Positions 7,927 through 16,984 of a stretch of 40,692 nucleotides of DNA are shown here, in pieces (position 1 is the stretch's first letter; the number at the start of each line of letters is the position of its first letter). A program made the translations under genes and the position numbers. The DNA is from a virus, in the UHGV virus genome UHGV-0390076. One strand, 5' to 3'. The notes beneath the pieces were generated by a model. The model worked only from the letters and a program-made list of their open reading frames with translations, had not been told where the DNA came from and did no database searches.

Positions 7927-8961
7927 ATGAACGATAATATAAAAAGCCAGGTTATAAATGATGTAATCGTTGCCATGACAATGTATATCAGTTCAGAGGC
8001 CTTACAGATTTTAGAGAAGGTTATAACGGAAGAACTGGTAAATGTATCCATTGAAAAAATGAATACATTGCCAATGGAAATGAAGGACAGTATTGACCAG
8101 CAAAACGAATACATAATCAAACTCTTCCTATATAAAAAGAAAAAGCTGAGTGAAGGAACGAAGTACGGCTATATGAGTGCGGTCAAACGTCTGATTACCT
8201 TATTATATAAGCCATTGACCCAGATGGATGAGCAGGACATATTTTATTATCTTGATTGGTATGAGCACAGGAATGAAAAAGATACTGGAAAAAGGAACCT
8301 GCCGCAGACGATCAATAATGAAAGGCGCTTTCTTTCAGCGTTTTTTACTTGGATGCGGAAGGAAAAAATGATTGCCGTGAATCCAGTAGAAGCCATTGAA
8401 CCGTTAAAAGTGCAGAGGAAACCAATAGATTTTTTCTCAGCGGAGGAAATGGCCCGTCTGAAAGATGGCTGCCAGACACTGCGGGAGAGGGCACTGATTG
8501 AGGTACTGCGCAGCACTGGCGCCAGAGTGGGAGAAATTGTCCAGATAACCATAGATCAGCTTGATTGGGAAACAGGGGATATCCTGATTCTGGGAGAAAA
8601 AGGAAATAAGTACCGCACAATATATCTGGATGCAGATGCTCTATATCATTACCGGAAATACTGGGAATCTCGGACTGACAATACGGAACATATGTTTGTT
8701 ACTGAAAGAAAGCCGTATCATTCGATCAGTACAAGCTCTGTAAGGTCAATCATGAAAGCAGTGGCTGCCAGAGTGGGAGTCACTAACAGATGCTATCCCC
8801 ATAAAATGCGTAAAACATTGGGAATGGATCTGAAAAATAAAGGTGTGGATATTGGTACAATACAGGAAGTAATGGGACATGCTGATTCGAGGGTGACAAG
8901 CCAGTATTATGCTCAGTCAACACCCGATACTCTTAGGATGGTAAGAAAACGTGCAGCATAA
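7927..8961 (+). CDS. tyrosine site-specific recombinase (phage-integrase / Xer-like family)
   Basis: C-terminal catalytic signature ...HKMRKT...LGH...SQYY (R-H-R-Y family); AAGGAGG RBS before ATG 7927. Confidence 0.8.
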   Translation: MNDNIKSQVINDVIVAMTMYISSEALQILEKVITEELVNVSIEKMNTLPMEMKDSIDQQNEYIIKLFLYKKKKLSEGTKYGYMSAVKRLITLLYKPLTQMDEQDIFYYLDWYEHRNEKDTGKRNLPQTINNERRFLSAFFTWMRKEKMIAVNPVEAIEPLKVQRKPIDFFSAEEMARLKDGCQTLRERALIEVLRSTGARVGEIVQITIDQLDWETGDILILGEKGNKYRTIYLDADALYHYRKYWESRTDNTEHMFVTERKPYHSISTSSVRSIMKAVAARVGVTNRCYPHKMRKTLGMDLKNKGVDIGTIQEVMGHADSRVTSQYYAQSTPDTLRMVRKRAA

Positions 8962-9096
8962 TTTCATTATTATATAGCGGGACCCGTCTGGATCCCGCTA
9001 AAAAAAGAACCGGGGACAAGTCCTCTTATCCGTCCTTGTAATGGGTATTAGCAAATGGACGATAAAATAAATCATTAGATACTAAGGGGTAAACAG

Positions 9097-10041
9097 ATGA
9101 GACATTACGATGATTATGATCTGGAACAGGCATATGATGAGCAGGCAGATAAGCTCCAGGAATGGGAAATAGAAAAACTGGTGTCGCAGCAGGGATTAAG
9201 CTGTCTGTATCGGACTACTACCAATAGGGCAAAGAACATAATCAGCGGGAATGAGCTTCTGGAATCCCAGGTGTATCCGTCATTTTTCAGAAAGTCAGAT
9301 ATGCCTGTAACTGTGAAGAGACGGGAAACCAAGCCGTCACAAAAGAATCTGAATGATAAAAATTCCCGGAGATACTGCATCCGGCTGGCGTGTATTAACT
9401 TTGGGGAGGGTGACATTTGGGCTACCTTTGGCTGGAATGAGGAGAATATACCCGCAGATATCAAAGCAGCACAGAAGGATATAAGGAATTTTATACGACG
9501 GGTCAATTACTGGAGAAAGAAAAAGGGGATGGGGAATATTAAGTATATCTATATTCTGGCATTTGATGGGAAGGTGCGTCCTCATTTCCACATCCTGCTG
9601 ACAGGAGAAGGTATGGATCGGGATGAGCTGGAAGATATGTGGGAGAAATGCGACCGGAAGAATACACGCCGGATCAAGCCTGATGAAAACTTTCTGATTA
9701 CCGGCCTTGCTACATACATTACCCAAAACCCACGTGGGACAAAAAGATGGTGTGCTTCCAAAAATCTGAAAAAGCCGCCTGAGCCTACTAGGAGCTATAG
9801 CAAATTCCGGAAAAGACGGGTAAATTTGATGGTGCAGTCCCACGAAGCCATGAAGGAGGAGATGGAAAAGGCATATCCGGGATATACATTTCTGGATGCA
9901 GAGGTCAAATATAACAAAGAGCTGGCATTATTTTACATATATGCCCGGCTTATTAAGCATGGCAGCGGCCCGAAAAAGGCCGCTTGTAAGAGTACAAAAA
10001 AATATGTCAGGAAGCCGGAGGTGGGGAAGAATGCAGGATGA
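9097..10041 (+). CDS. putative HUH-motif replication initiator / relaxase-like protein
   Basis: HUH-type motif PHFHILL followed ~45 aa later by a Tyr-containing LATYITQ; position expected for a replication gene; weak. Confidence 0.3.
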   Translation: MRHYDDYDLEQAYDEQADKLQEWEIEKLVSQQGLSCLYRTTTNRAKNIISGNELLESQVYPSFFRKSDMPVTVKRRETKPSQKNLNDKNSRRYCIRLACINFGEGDIWATFGWNEENIPADIKAAQKDIRNFIRRVNYWRKKKGMGNIKYIYILAFDGKVRPHFHILLTGEGMDRDELEDMWEKCDRKNTRRIKPDENFLITGLATYITQNPRGTKRWCASKNLKKPPEPTRSYSKFRKRRVNLMVQSHEAMKEEMEKAYPGYTFLDAEVKYNKELALFYIYARLIKHGSGPKKAACKSTKKYVRKPEVGKNAG

Positions 10042-10267
10042 TAGTCAAATAAAATGCCCGTACTATGTGACAAAATCCAGACATGAAAAGAAAATGGCAA
10101 CGATCACCTGTGATAATATGGAGAAGAGGCTGGGGTTTGATGTAAAAAACCAGCTCTTATTTGTGAGCCATAAAGAAAAAGAGGATTACTGTGATATCTT
10201 CTGTAAAGATCGGTTTGAAAACTGCCCGTATTATGAGGGGATTTATGGCAGGGAAGGTAAGAAATGA
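10028..10267 (+). CDS. small Cys-rich protein (CPYY...C...C...CPYY)
   Basis: In-frame internal start of ORF 9896-10267 chosen to avoid overlap; start uncertain. Confidence 0.3.
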   Translation, partial: RMQDDSQIKCPYYVTKSRHEKKMATITCDNMEKRLGFDVKNQLLFVSHKEKEDYCDIFCKDRFENCPYYEGIYGREGKK

Positions 10268-10299
10268 ATTTTGAAAAGTTAAGAAAATGAAAGATATGG

Positions 10300-10334
10300 C
10301 GGAGTGCTCGGTATATAAGAGCCTCCGTTTTTTT
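10300..10334 (+). terminator. rho-independent terminator ending the early block
   Basis: Stem cggag-gctc / gagc-ctccg with a 9-nt loop, followed by TTTTTTT (10328-10334). Confidence 0.7.
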
Positions 10335-10494
10335 GTGTACTGAACCGGACAGGCCTACACATGCGCATATACGCGCGCGCGTTAGGTTAGTAGGGACAGG
10401 TTAGGGAACCATACAGGAAGCCTGCAAAACCGGACAATGGTGGGGTGGGAGTAAATAATAGGGAAATATGGTAGAATCGCATTGAGGTGGTGAT

Positions 10495-11019
10495 ATGGCG
10501 AGACCAAAATGGACAGAGTGGGAGAACAGGAAAGACAATCTGAATGTGCTGAGCGCATGGGCAAGGGCAGGACTTACAGACGAACAGATTGCAAAGCATA
10601 TAGGGATAAGCAGATCAACCCTGTCAGAATGGAAAAAGAAATATCCCAATATTGCGGAGGCCCTCAATACGGGGGAAGAATTTTCTAACAGACTGGTAGA
10701 ACACAGCCTGTATAAGATGACCCAGGGCTTCCATGTCTCAGTGAAGAAAGCAATTAAAGTTAAAAAGATAGAGTATGATCCTTCTGGAAAGAAGATATCA
10801 GAAAAAGAGGAGATAGAGCTGGCAGAGGAAACAGAATATATCAAGCCGGATATAAAGGCGATTATATTCTATGCAAAAAACAGAATGCCGGAGAGTTGGA
10901 AAGAGCGTGTGACTACTGAGCCGGAAGAAAATGAAAATGGAATTATTGTGTTGACTCCTGCCAAAGTGACAGAATTGAAGGAGATGATAAAGGATGAGGA
11001 AGAAAAAGGAAACGGATAA
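10495..11019 (+). CDS. terminase small subunit (putative)
   Basis: N-terminal HTH (LTDEQIAKHIGISRSTLSEW); immediately upstream of and overlapping the large terminase. Confidence 0.55.
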   Translation: MARPKWTEWENRKDNLNVLSAWARAGLTDEQIAKHIGISRSTLSEWKKKYPNIAEALNTGEEFSNRLVEHSLYKMTQGFHVSVKKAIKVKKIEYDPSGKKISEKEEIELAEETEYIKPDIKAIIFYAKNRMPESWKERVTTEPEENENGIIVLTPAKVTELKEMIKDEEEKGNG

Positions 11020-12466
11020 AAAAATACCGCATATTGTGTGGGAGCCACTGCCCAAACAATCCCTTATGATGTCTCGGATGGAATTTGAAGCACTATATGG
11101 CGGAGCGGCAGGCGGTGGAAAAAGTGATTACCTTCTGGTTGAAGCATTGCGTCAAGTCCATATTTCTCATTACAGGGCGGTTATTTTCCGAAAAACGTAC
11201 CCTGAAACGGAAGATCTGATAAGCAGAAGTCAGGAGCTATATGGAGCAGCATTTCCAAAAGCTACCTACAATAAATCAAGCCATGTGTGGACTTTTCCAA
11301 GTGGAGCAAAGATCTATTTTGGTTCCATGCAGCATACAAAGGACCGGCTGAAATATCAGGGCCGCCATTTTGATTTTGTCGGGTTCGATGAATTGACCCA
11401 TTTTGCAAAAGAAGAGTATGAATATATGTTTTCCCGTACCCGGTCATCAGGCCCAGGATTAAGGACGTATATCCGTTCTACTGCAAACCCAGGTGGCCCA
11501 GGTCATGCATGGGTCAAGGCACGTTTTGTTTCTCCGGCGCCTCCAGGCACACCGATTATAGCAGAAACAGAGATACATGTCCCCGGAGGGGAAGTTGAAA
11601 AGCACCCATATGAGCGGATTTTTATTCCCAGCAGTGTATTTGATAACCCGATTCTGTTGAAAAACAACCCCAATTATGTTGTGGGTCTGGCTATGATGTC
11701 AGAGGCTGAAAAGAAAGCTTTGTTGTATGGTGACTGGGATTCCTTTATGGGTCAGGTATTTACGGAATGGAGCAATGATCCAGAGAATTATGATACTAGG
11801 GAATGGACACATGTAATTGAGCCATTTAAGATTCCTGATGGGTGGATCATAGGGCGCAGCTATGATTTTGGTTACGCAAAACCATTCTCTGTAGGGTGGT
11901 ATGCGGTGGATTATGAAGGGTGTGTATACCGGATCAGGGAATTGTATGGCTGCAAGGAAGGAGAAGCGAATGTGGGACTTAAACTTGATCCGGCGGAACA
12001 GGCGAGGATGATCCGTGAGGTAGAAGAAACAGATGAAAATCTGAAAGGCCGGAAGATAACAGGGATTGCTGACCCTTCCATTTTCGCATCGGACAGGGGA
12101 AAATCCATTGCGGATATTATGGCGGAACAGGGAGTGTACTGGGAACCGGGGGATAACCACCGGATTGCGGGAAAGATGCAGTATCATTACCGGTTGGCAT
12201 TTAACAAGGACGGTCATCCTCTCTTTTATGTGTTTAATACCTGCAAAGGATTCATAAGGACAATCCCGTCCTTGGTATATGACGAAAAGCATGTTGAGGA
12301 TATTGATACCACTCAGGAAGACCATATTTATGATGAGTGCCGTTATTATCTCATGGACCATCCAATTGCAAAAAGGGAAAATACAGTGCGAAAGCCTCCT
12401 ATGGAAGATCCGCTTGACCTTTACAAAGAGGAGCGGAAGAGGGCTTATAAATTTATCAGGATATAG
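10994..12466 (+). CDS. terL: terminase large subunit
   Basis: Walker A GGAAGGGKS, Walker B-like VGFDELTHF, nuclease-like C-terminal half; 490 aa. Confidence 0.85.
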   Translation: MRKKKETDKKIPHIVWEPLPKQSLMMSRMEFEALYGGAAGGGKSDYLLVEALRQVHISHYRAVIFRKTYPETEDLISRSQELYGAAFPKATYNKSSHVWTFPSGAKIYFGSMQHTKDRLKYQGRHFDFVGFDELTHFAKEEYEYMFSRTRSSGPGLRTYIRSTANPGGPGHAWVKARFVSPAPPGTPIIAETEIHVPGGEVEKHPYERIFIPSSVFDNPILLKNNPNYVVGLAMMSEAEKKALLYGDWDSFMGQVFTEWSNDPENYDTREWTHVIEPFKIPDGWIIGRSYDFGYAKPFSVGWYAVDYEGCVYRIRELYGCKEGEANVGLKLDPAEQARMIREVEETDENLKGRKITGIADPSIFASDRGKSIADIMAEQGVYWEPGDNHRIAGKMQYHYRLAFNKDGHPLFYVFNTCKGFIRTIPSLVYDEKHVEDIDTTQEDHIYDECRYYLMDHPIAKRENTVRKPPMEDPLDLYKEERKRAYKFIRI

Positions 12467-12475
12467 GAGAAGAAT

Positions 12476-14353
12476 ATGGATCTGGCAGAGGTAAAGAAAC
12501 AAAGAATTGAAAAGAAAGAGATTGATGATGCATATGCAAGGCTTCAGGAGTATAAGAAAGGGAAATCATCCCTTGAAAAGAGGATTGTTAATGCGGAAGA
12601 ATGGTGGAAGCAGAATCATTGGGAACGTTTTGCTTCCGACAGCACGAACCCCAATGATACAAAACCAGTAAGTGCCTGGTTATTTAACAGTTTGATCAAT
12701 AAACACGCAGACTTTATGGATAATTACCCATGTCCGGCAATCCTTCCCAGAGAGGAATCAGATGAGGAAGCAGCCAAAATCCTTTCAGAAGTTGTGCCGG
12801 TTATTTTGGAACAGAATGATTTTGAAAAAACTTACAGCCTGTGCTCTTGGGATAAACCTAAAACAGGAACGGCTATATATGGCGTTTTTTGGAACAGGGA
12901 TAAGGAAAACGGTCTGGGGGATGTGGATATAGAAGTACAGGATATCATGAATATCTATTGGGAGCCAGGAATCCGGGATATACAGGAATCCAGAGAGATT
13001 TTTACTACAAGCCTGGTTGATATTGACATATTAAAACAGCTGTATCCACATGCCCAGGAAGAAATTAAGGGAACAGGGGAGCTGATCCATTCAGAGTATA
13101 TCCATGAGGACACCATAGACACATCAAAGAAAGTTCAGGTGATCGACTGGTATTATAAGCGCAGGATGCCCTTAAAAAACAGCGGTGTAAGGAATGTACT
13201 GCATTACTGCAAGTTTATACCAGGTGTGGTACTGTACGCATCAGAAAATGATAAGGAACTGATGCACAAAGGATGGTATGACCATGGAAAATATCCTTTT
13301 GTGTTTGATGTCATGTTTCCTGAAAAGGCAAGCCCGGCAGGGTTTGGATATCTGGATGTGATGGTTAATCCGCAGGAGTACATAGATAAACTGGATGGGG
13401 TGATTTTAAAAGCAGCATCCTTAAACCGTCCCAGATACTTTGTAAGCAGTGGAGTGAATACAGATGATTTTACTGACCTGACAAGGGATATCATAGAGGT
13501 GGGAGGTGCAGTTGATGAGACGCGGATCAGGCAGATCCAGCCGCCACAGCTATCTGAGTATGTCATCAATATGCGAACCCAGAAGATTGAGGAATTAAAA
13601 GAGACCAGTGGAAACCGGGACTTTTCACAGGGATCTACAACCTCAGGAGTAACAGCAGCATCTGCGATAGCGGCGCTGCAGGAGGCAGGGAGCAAGTTGA
13701 GCCGTGATATGATAAAGGCAAGCTATACGGCCCATGCAGAGGTTGTGACCTTTGTGGTGGAGCTGATCCGTCAGTTTTATACTCTTCCCCGAAGTTACCG
13801 AATCACACAGCCGAACGGGACAGCAGAGTATGTTATGCTGGATAACAGCATATTGGGAGAAGAACATATTACCATGCTGGATAATGAAATTATGACCCGT
13901 AAACCAGTGTTTGATATCAAAATATCTGCACAGAAAGCAAGCCCATATAGCCGTATTGCAACCAATGAGCTGGCAAAAGAACTCTTTGGTCTGGGGGTAT
14001 TCAATCCACAGATTGCCGATCAGGCGAAAGCAGTAGTGTCTATGATGGATTTTGACCGGAAGGATGAGGTTTTAAAGAAGATTGAAGAAAACGGAACCAT
14101 GTACCAACAGATTCAGCAGATGAAGCAGCTGTTGATTCAGCTGGCGGGTATGGTGTCTGATTTCAGCGGAAGGCCGGATCTTATGGAAGCGGTCAATGCC
14201 ATGGTAGGACAAGATACAATCGCCATGACAGGGGTTAATGTAAACAGTAGTGATATTAAGACTAACAGCTTGGGGCAGGCAGTAGATACAGGGAACGGGA
14301 CAGCCGGAAAGGCAAGAAGAAGGGTACAGGAATCCACGGAGGTAGCACGGTGA
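12476..14353 (+). CDS. portal protein (putative)
   Basis: 625-aa ORF directly after terL and before the protease/scaffold/capsid genes; GGAG RBS. Confidence 0.6.
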   Translation: MDLAEVKKQRIEKKEIDDAYARLQEYKKGKSSLEKRIVNAEEWWKQNHWERFASDSTNPNDTKPVSAWLFNSLINKHADFMDNYPCPAILPREESDEEAAKILSEVVPVILEQNDFEKTYSLCSWDKPKTGTAIYGVFWNRDKENGLGDVDIEVQDIMNIYWEPGIRDIQESREIFTTSLVDIDILKQLYPHAQEEIKGTGELIHSEYIHEDTIDTSKKVQVIDWYYKRRMPLKNSGVRNVLHYCKFIPGVVLYASENDKELMHKGWYDHGKYPFVFDVMFPEKASPAGFGYLDVMVNPQEYIDKLDGVILKAASLNRPRYFVSSGVNTDDFTDLTRDIIEVGGAVDETRIRQIQPPQLSEYVINMRTQKIEELKETSGNRDFSQGSTTSGVTAASAIAALQEAGSKLSRDMIKASYTAHAEVVTFVVELIRQFYTLPRSYRITQPNGTAEYVMLDNSILGEEHITMLDNEIMTRKPVFDIKISAQKASPYSRIATNELAKELFGLGVFNPQIADQAKAVVSMMDFDRKDEVLKKIEENGTMYQQIQQMKQLLIQLAGMVSDFSGRPDLMEAVNAMVGQDTIAMTGVNVNSSDIKTNSLGQAVDTGNGTAGKARRRVQESTEVAR

Positions 14354-14715
14354 CAAAGGTAGATATAAGCATAAAAGAAAATAAATTCTGGATGCATTCT
14401 GAGGGACACGCAGGATGGGGAAAAGCGAACGGGCTTGAAGATGGGCATGATATTGTATGTGCTGCTATATCTATCCTGACACAGACAGCAGCACAGCGCC
14501 TGATGGATATGGAAGCAGAGGGAAACGTACGTCTGGTCAGCCTTAGAGTGGAACCGGGGATTGTAGATATGGAGGCAGAGGCTTATGGGACAGAAGACAG
14601 GGTGAAAGAGCTGGCAGAAACCATGAAAACAGGTTTTGATTTGATCCATAAAGCATATGAATTCTATGTGATTCTGGGGTGGGAGAAAAATGATTTTGAA
14701 TGTGATACAGTATAA
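14350..14715 (+). CDS. prp: Prp-family cysteine protease (ribosomal-processing protease homologue)
   Basis: Conserved SEGHAGW...GHDIVCAAIS motif with catalytic His/Cys; GTG start overlaps the portal stop (GTGA). Confidence 0.8.
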   Translation: MTKVDISIKENKFWMHSEGHAGWGKANGLEDGHDIVCAAISILTQTAAQRLMDMEAEGNVRLVSLRVEPGIVDMEAEAYGTEDRVKELAETMKTGFDLIHKAYEFYVILGWEKNDFECDTV

Positions 14716-14783
14716 ATAAGACACGCGGGAGAGACCGCAGGGAAAGACAAGACGCGCGGGAAAGACCGCAGGAAGGAGACTTC

Positions 14784-15635
14784 ATGAAAAGAGTCAGACT
14801 GAATTTGAGATTATTTGAAGGAGAAGGCGGAGAAGCGGGAGCAGGCTCATCAGCAGAACAAACGGGAGAAAATGTCCAGAACACCACTGGAAGCGATGCG
14901 GCAGAGGAATCCCATGAAGAAACGCCGGAAGAACGGAAAGCGGCATATGACCAGTTTAAAATCCAGTATAAGGATCTGTACAGCGCAGATGTAAAGGAGC
15001 AGGTAGGCAGAAGGTTTAAATCTGAACAGCAGATGCAGAAACAGCTTGATTCATATAGTCCTTTGATGTCTATGCTTGGGATGCGTTACGGAATTAAGGA
15101 GCCGGATGTTACAAATGTGATGGAAGCAATCGAAGCTGATAACTCATTCTGGGAAGAGCAGGCCATGAAAGAAAACATGACTGTGGATCAGCTCAAACAT
15201 ATGCGAAAGCTGGAAGCAGAAAACCAGCGACTTGTGGAAGCTGGACGGAATGCAGAACAGATTAGGCAGCGTGATGATACATATGAGCGGTGGGATAGGG
15301 AAAGTGAACAGTGTAAACAGTTATTCCCGCAGTTTGATATGAGATCTGAATGTAACAATCCCCAGTTTGTAAAGCTCCTTGGAGCGGGATTTGACATCAC
15401 AAGCGCCTATAAAGCAGTTCACTTTGATGAGATCACCAGAGGAATGATGCAGCAGACCGAAAAAGACACAAAGAAACGAGTAGCAGACAGTATCCGTTCA
15501 GGAAGCAGCCGTCCGGCAGAGAATGGTGCTTCCGGCCCTGCCAATGCAGCAAAGATGGATGTATGGTCCCTTTCAAAAGAGGAATTTCATAAAATGCTTG
15601 ATAGGGTAAAGCAGGGGGAACGGATTGAGATTTAA
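14784..15635 (+). CDS. scaffolding protein with a Prp-cleavable N-terminal leader
   Basis: N-terminus MKRVRLNLRLFEG; acidic, helical, Glu/Gln-rich; sits between protease and capsid genes. Confidence 0.65.
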   Translation: MKRVRLNLRLFEGEGGEAGAGSSAEQTGENVQNTTGSDAAEESHEETPEERKAAYDQFKIQYKDLYSADVKEQVGRRFKSEQQMQKQLDSYSPLMSMLGMRYGIKEPDVTNVMEAIEADNSFWEEQAMKENMTVDQLKHMRKLEAENQRLVEAGRNAEQIRQRDDTYERWDRESEQCKQLFPQFDMRSECNNPQFVKLLGAGFDITSAYKAVHFDEITRGMMQQTEKDTKKRVADSIRSGSSRPAENGASGPANAAKMDVWSLSKEEFHKMLDRVKQGERIEI

Positions 15636-15648
15636 TGGAGGAACATGA

Positions 15649-16656
15649 ATGAAGGAAATGCTGGTATTAAATTTACGGCTTTTTGAAGGCCCGGAAAATG
15701 TGACTACATCTTCAGGAATGAAGGTGGAGATGAAAGTTGTCTATGACCGTACATTGTTGGAAAATGCACAGCCTGCATTAGTACATGACCAGTTTGCACA
15801 GACCAGAAACATTCCACGTAATGGTGGTAAGACTATTGAGTTTAGAAAATATGATGAGTTTGGTAAGGCATTAACACCGTTAACGGAGGGAGTAACGCCA
15901 GATGGTCAGACCCTGAATGTAACAAAGTTGGAGGCAACGGTAAAGCAGTATGGCGGATATGTTGCATTGTCTGATCTGTTAGAGCTGACGGCAATAGATA
16001 ATAACATTGTTGAGGCTAGCCAACTTCTGGGGAATCAGGCAGGAAAAACACTGGATACTGTCAGCCGTGAAGTATTAAATGCTGGAACAAACGTGCAGTA
16101 TGCAGATGGACAGGTTAAATCCAGAGCTGCACTGACAAAAGACCACAAACTGACAGTAACGGCAGTCAAGAAAGCAGTTAGATTCCTGAAAAAGCAGAAT
16201 GCAAAGAAGATCAATGGATATTATTACGCAATCATACATCCAGACTGCTCCTATGATCTGAGGGAAGATGACCGTTTTATTGATGCTGTCAAATACAAGA
16301 ATCCTGAACGGATCTACCAGGGTGAGATTGGTGAGATCGAGGGTGTGCGTTTTATTGAGACTACAGAGGCTAAGATCTGGGCCAAAGCCGGGGCAGAAGA
16401 TGCCGGTAATGATAATCAGAAGATTGATGTGTACTCCACGCTTATTTTTGGAGCGAATGCATACGGAACTACTACTGTGGAGGGGAACGGACTGGAAACC
16501 ATTATTAAGCAGCTTGGAAGTTCCGGATCAGCGGATCCATTAAACCAGAGAGCAACGGTAGGCTGGAAGGCTCTTAAAGCGACAGAGATCCTTTCACAGC
16601 CGTATATGATAAGAATTGAGAGCGCTTCAACGTTCAGCGACGGACAGGCTAACTAA
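15649..16656 (+). CDS. major capsid protein (HK97-like) with a Prp-cleavable N-terminal leader
   Basis: N-terminus MKEMLVLNLRLFEG; 335 aa; follows the scaffold gene. Confidence 0.7.
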   Translation: MKEMLVLNLRLFEGPENVTTSSGMKVEMKVVYDRTLLENAQPALVHDQFAQTRNIPRNGGKTIEFRKYDEFGKALTPLTEGVTPDGQTLNVTKLEATVKQYGGYVALSDLLELTAIDNNIVEASQLLGNQAGKTLDTVSREVLNAGTNVQYADGQVKSRAALTKDHKLTVTAVKKAVRFLKKQNAKKINGYYYAIIHPDCSYDLREDDRFIDAVKYKNPERIYQGEIGEIEGVRFIETTEAKIWAKAGAEDAGNDNQKIDVYSTLIFGANAYGTTTVEGNGLETIIKQLGSSGSADPLNQRATVGWKALKATEILSQPYMIRIESASTFSDGQAN

Positions 16657-16666
16657 GGAGGCAATT

Positions 16667-16984
16667 ATGGCAGGAAAGAAAGAACCAGTGGTTAATGAGG
16701 AAACTATGGTAGAAGAGAAAGAACCAGTAGTTAATGAGGAAATTATGGCAGAAAAAAAGGTAGCAGTTGCTAATGATTTAGTGCGATTCAGAATTGCGAA
16801 AGGATCTTCGGACAAGGAGCGGGGAGATGTGTTTGTCGCAGTGAATGGGAAATCCTATCTTATCAAGCGTGGCGTAACAGTGGAGATGCCCAAAGAAGTG
16901 GTGGAGGTATTAGAGAATGCATCAAATCAGATGGATTATGCGATCAGTTATCAGGAAATGAATGTCAATCAATCCATTGAGTGA
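16667..16984 (+). CDS. small acidic protein with a tandem KEPVVNEE(T/I)M repeat
   Basis: AAGGAGG RBS before ATG 16667; 39-bp tandem DNA repeat at 16677-16754. Confidence 0.5.
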   Translation: MAGKKEPVVNEETMVEEKEPVVNEEIMAEKKVAVANDLVRFRIAKGSSDKERGDVFVAVNGKSYLIKRGVTVEMPKEVVEVLENASNQMDYAISYQEMNVNQSIE

